From contig NC_134030.1 in the NCBI RefSeq assembly GCF_964204645.1, positions 1,161,355 through 1,225,354 on the forward strand: 64,000 nucleotides of DNA. The letters run 5' to 3'. The DNA is from Tubulanus polymorphus. Its lineage: Eukaryota; Animalia; Nemertea. This document shows positions 61,251-64,000 of this stretch, in pieces. Under the pieces are notes generated by a model. The model was not told where the DNA came from. It did no database searches and saw only the letters and a program-made list of their open reading frames with translations. The translations under genes were made by a program, and so were the position numbers. Position 1 is the stretch's first letter; the number at the start of each line of letters is the position of its first letter.

Positions 61251-62503
61251 ATTCAACCCTTACACATATATAAGTTACGTATTAGTGATATTTACCACTG
61301 ACAGACAATCAAAACAACTTGTATAATAATGATTCACTGTTTGTGAATGAACTTGTGAACAGTCGCTACTCCTTAATGCTATCAGTTACAGCCACCTTTT
61401 GATAGAATCTCTGTCTAAACCTCTTGCATGATCATCTATATCTCAATTATAATATAATAAATACTAATCCTTCATTTTAACTCTCTTCTATTCTAATACA
61501 TTGTATGAGTCAAAAGATGGTTGTCATTGATAGAATTAGGGACGCTATACAGCTGGCTAATTGTCATAATCTAAACCCTTTTTGTGTTCACTGCATACTC
61601 TGTGACCCTCCACTTCAATGCATTTTAATTGATTCAATTTCACCAACTTTTTATATTTTTTTTTCATGTCAGCGTCAATCATTTTTACCTGCCGCAGGTA
61701 GAAATGAATCCACTGCTTGAGTGGCTATAAAAGTCGTTGGTGAAGACAAGTACACTCAATTGGAGACAATAATTTCTTTTAGATCTGACAGTGGTAGGAA
61801 TTGTAACATTTTAATATATAAGGGGCACATCTAGAAAATTGGAAGACACGTTTTAATTGATATCTGTTATTTTACGTGTTTCAGCTTCAAAATTATCCGA
61901 GTTCTACCAAATGAGATTATTCACCCATGAAGACTCGACTGATTCATACCCACATAAGGTAGTTGTACTTTCATTTTTATTAAACATTTCAATAATTAAA
62001 ATTGGCGATATTAAGAAGAAAAAAGAAATTCGTAAAAATTGCATTATTTAAAGTACTTAAAACCTATTCATAAATAACAATGCGGTACCGCTACATAACA
62101 GATGGCACCACTATACGGTCGTTGCTACTACTAGACTGGTTACCTGTATAATAAGTACAATACAATGAATTTTATTCGCACGGTGACGTATGTATTGGCA
62201 TTGAAGCGCTCACTTATAATTCTATTGTTTTGAATGTGGATACTATGTAGACCCAGAAAACAACGAAGGCTGCATTACGATTGCACCTTACACACAGGGC
62301 CACCTTCGGTTATCGGAGTCAGTCGACTTATAATAGTCCCGAGTAACTCATGTCAAATGTCGGAACTATATTCCGGAAATAGTTCGAAAATCAAGCGCAT
62401 TCGGTTATTAGTTCCAACCACTGGTCGACTAGCTACCTATTACCGAATTTGGCCCAGCCTGTCTAACTCTGGATTCGCAACTGGCAACCGAGTTAAGTGC
62501 TTC

Positions 62504-62640
62504 TCGCTAGCCAGGTTGCCGCTAAGCGGCCACCAGTCTATAATATTAACCCAATCACACGTCTGTCACTCGCTGATTCGCTACGCATCTGATTGGCTAG
62601 ATATATAGACTGGTGGCCGCTTGACCATTGAGGCAAGCGA
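62504..62640. mobile_element. Palindromic MITE-like element
   Basis: aagcggccaccagtctata ... tatagactggtggccgctt. Confidence 0.55.
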
Positions 62641-63205
62641 GGATGGTTGCGTGACTTATCGAAATGTTCGCTTGCCACAGCAGGAATACCGTCCAATGTA
62701 ATAAGTGTTTATGTATTAATTGTAGGAATGCCTGGTGATGTAGATCAAGTTCACAGAAACTGAAAACAGAAAGAAACCTTGCGGAATCTATTGTGTATAA
62801 ATAAATATATTTATTATCGTGTTGTGTTGTTTATTCTGAGTGCGATCTGTGGTGATTCAACCACTTGGTCCTCTCAAGTTTTTTTCCCCATCCAAATTTT
62901 TGAATCCGTTTGCGCCGTTTTGACTGAAGTGATCTTTAAATTTGTATTAGTTCTAAGACTTAGACAGGTCTTAAATTCTTTCAGTTGCGGCCACCTCTCG
63001 ACAAAAATCTATTGTACTAATCCTTAATAACTTCTAATCGCATGCGTCGAAAGGTGGCTGTCATAGATGGAATTAGAGATATGATCGATGTCTAAGATGA
63101 ATACAATTGCGTTTAATTTGAAACTGCTAAACAGTTGCAGTAAGAGTTAAATAACGATCATCACTGTATCTATGCTTGTGATGATTGTTCCACTCTCAGT
63201 AATTA

Positions 63206-63393
63206 CAGAGCTGCCAACTGTTACTGATTTCCAGTATTAGTTAGTATTTTATAACGAGAAATACTGATCTGATTTGTGAAGGTCTTGCCGTTGATTACTG
63301 ATTAATTGAACATTCCTTTCATATTTCAATGAAACCTTACTGAAAAAAATTCAATTTGCTACTGATAGGACTTTTCAAAGGTTGGCAGCCCTG
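63206..63393. mobile_element. hAT-like MITE
   Basis: TIR cagagctgccaac / gttggcagccctg. Confidence 0.65.
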
Positions 63394-63479
63394 TAGTTAT
63401 CTTGGTCTCGCAACTTTACCACCTCAGTACCGGCGACGCATCACTCGTAATCCTCGCCTTCCATGCTGCGCATTTAGCT

Positions 63480-63576
63480 ATCCTCGCTTGCCGGGGTTTA
63501 ATTGGTTCTGCCCAATCAGATGCGTTGTTTTTCTACCAATAAGGGGCGCCAATTTAAACCCCGGCAAGCGAGGATT
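63480..63576. mobile_element. Palindromic MITE-like element
   Basis: atcctcgcttgccggggttta ... taaaccccggcaagcgaggat. Confidence 0.6.
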
Positions 63577-64000
63577 AATTTGTCAGCGTTGCCACCGTTA
63601 GCTCCAGTACTGTGCCATTGTCAGTTAGACTGGGTCTGAAATGGTGGTGGCAAGCTGCAGGTCTGGACTGCGCGACCAACATTTTCCGTTCCTACATCCG
63701 AAATCTACACGTTTTCTTGGCACGTGGTAATAAGAGTTTGGTTGGTTTTTGTTCGAACGCGCGTCTGGTAGTAGACTGGTTGCCAGTTTACATTAGACTG
63801 GTTGCCGGTCTCTTCCTGTAGACCGTTTACCGGTCTCTATCTTTTATTAGAGACCGGTTGTGCCCATCCTCCATTTTACATTTTCGATGCATGTCAAATA
63901 AGGTCAAACATGTAAAGTAGCAGGTTACTTCCTGGTTAAGATGGCGTCTCTTCGAATCTGCTTGGCTTCGAGCGATATTAAAATTGTCCTTTATAATGGA

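Overview
AT-rich eukaryotic (invertebrate-like) genomic DNA; no prokaryotic genes, rRNA/tRNA or CRISPR arrays were found. About three quarters of the window is a direct segmental duplication (1-24401 vs ~31581-54481, ~99% identical outside VNTRs by manual sampling). Each copy carries (i) an orphan 9-coding-exon gene, 'gene A' (340/343 aa), reconstructed here from GT-AG micro-exons that the ORF track mostly misses. Its product is disordered, with polyQ/polyS, NLS-like motifs and C-terminal VTRS and RLRSG motifs resembling nucleosome acidic-patch anchors. Each copy also carries (ii) a convergent 94-aa basic ORF, 'gene B', (iii) a decayed DIRS-type retrotransposon with nested MITEs in intron 6, and (iv) about ten different tandem-repeat arrays, most differing in copy number between duplicates. 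Between the copies lies an inverted, scrambled cassette of further gene A exon variants plus the same 47-bp satellite. The most striking signal is that gene A exons are much more diverged between copies than their flanking introns. The changes fall in short, often synonymous patches (exon 1 differs at ~17-22% of sites among three copies, while its flanks are almost identical). This suggests an amplified nuclear or chromatin gene family that is being recoded at the mRNA level (small-RNA evasion or RNA-templated conversion), next to a potential antisense source. All counts are manual, and an uncollapsed-haplotype assembly artefact is not excluded.
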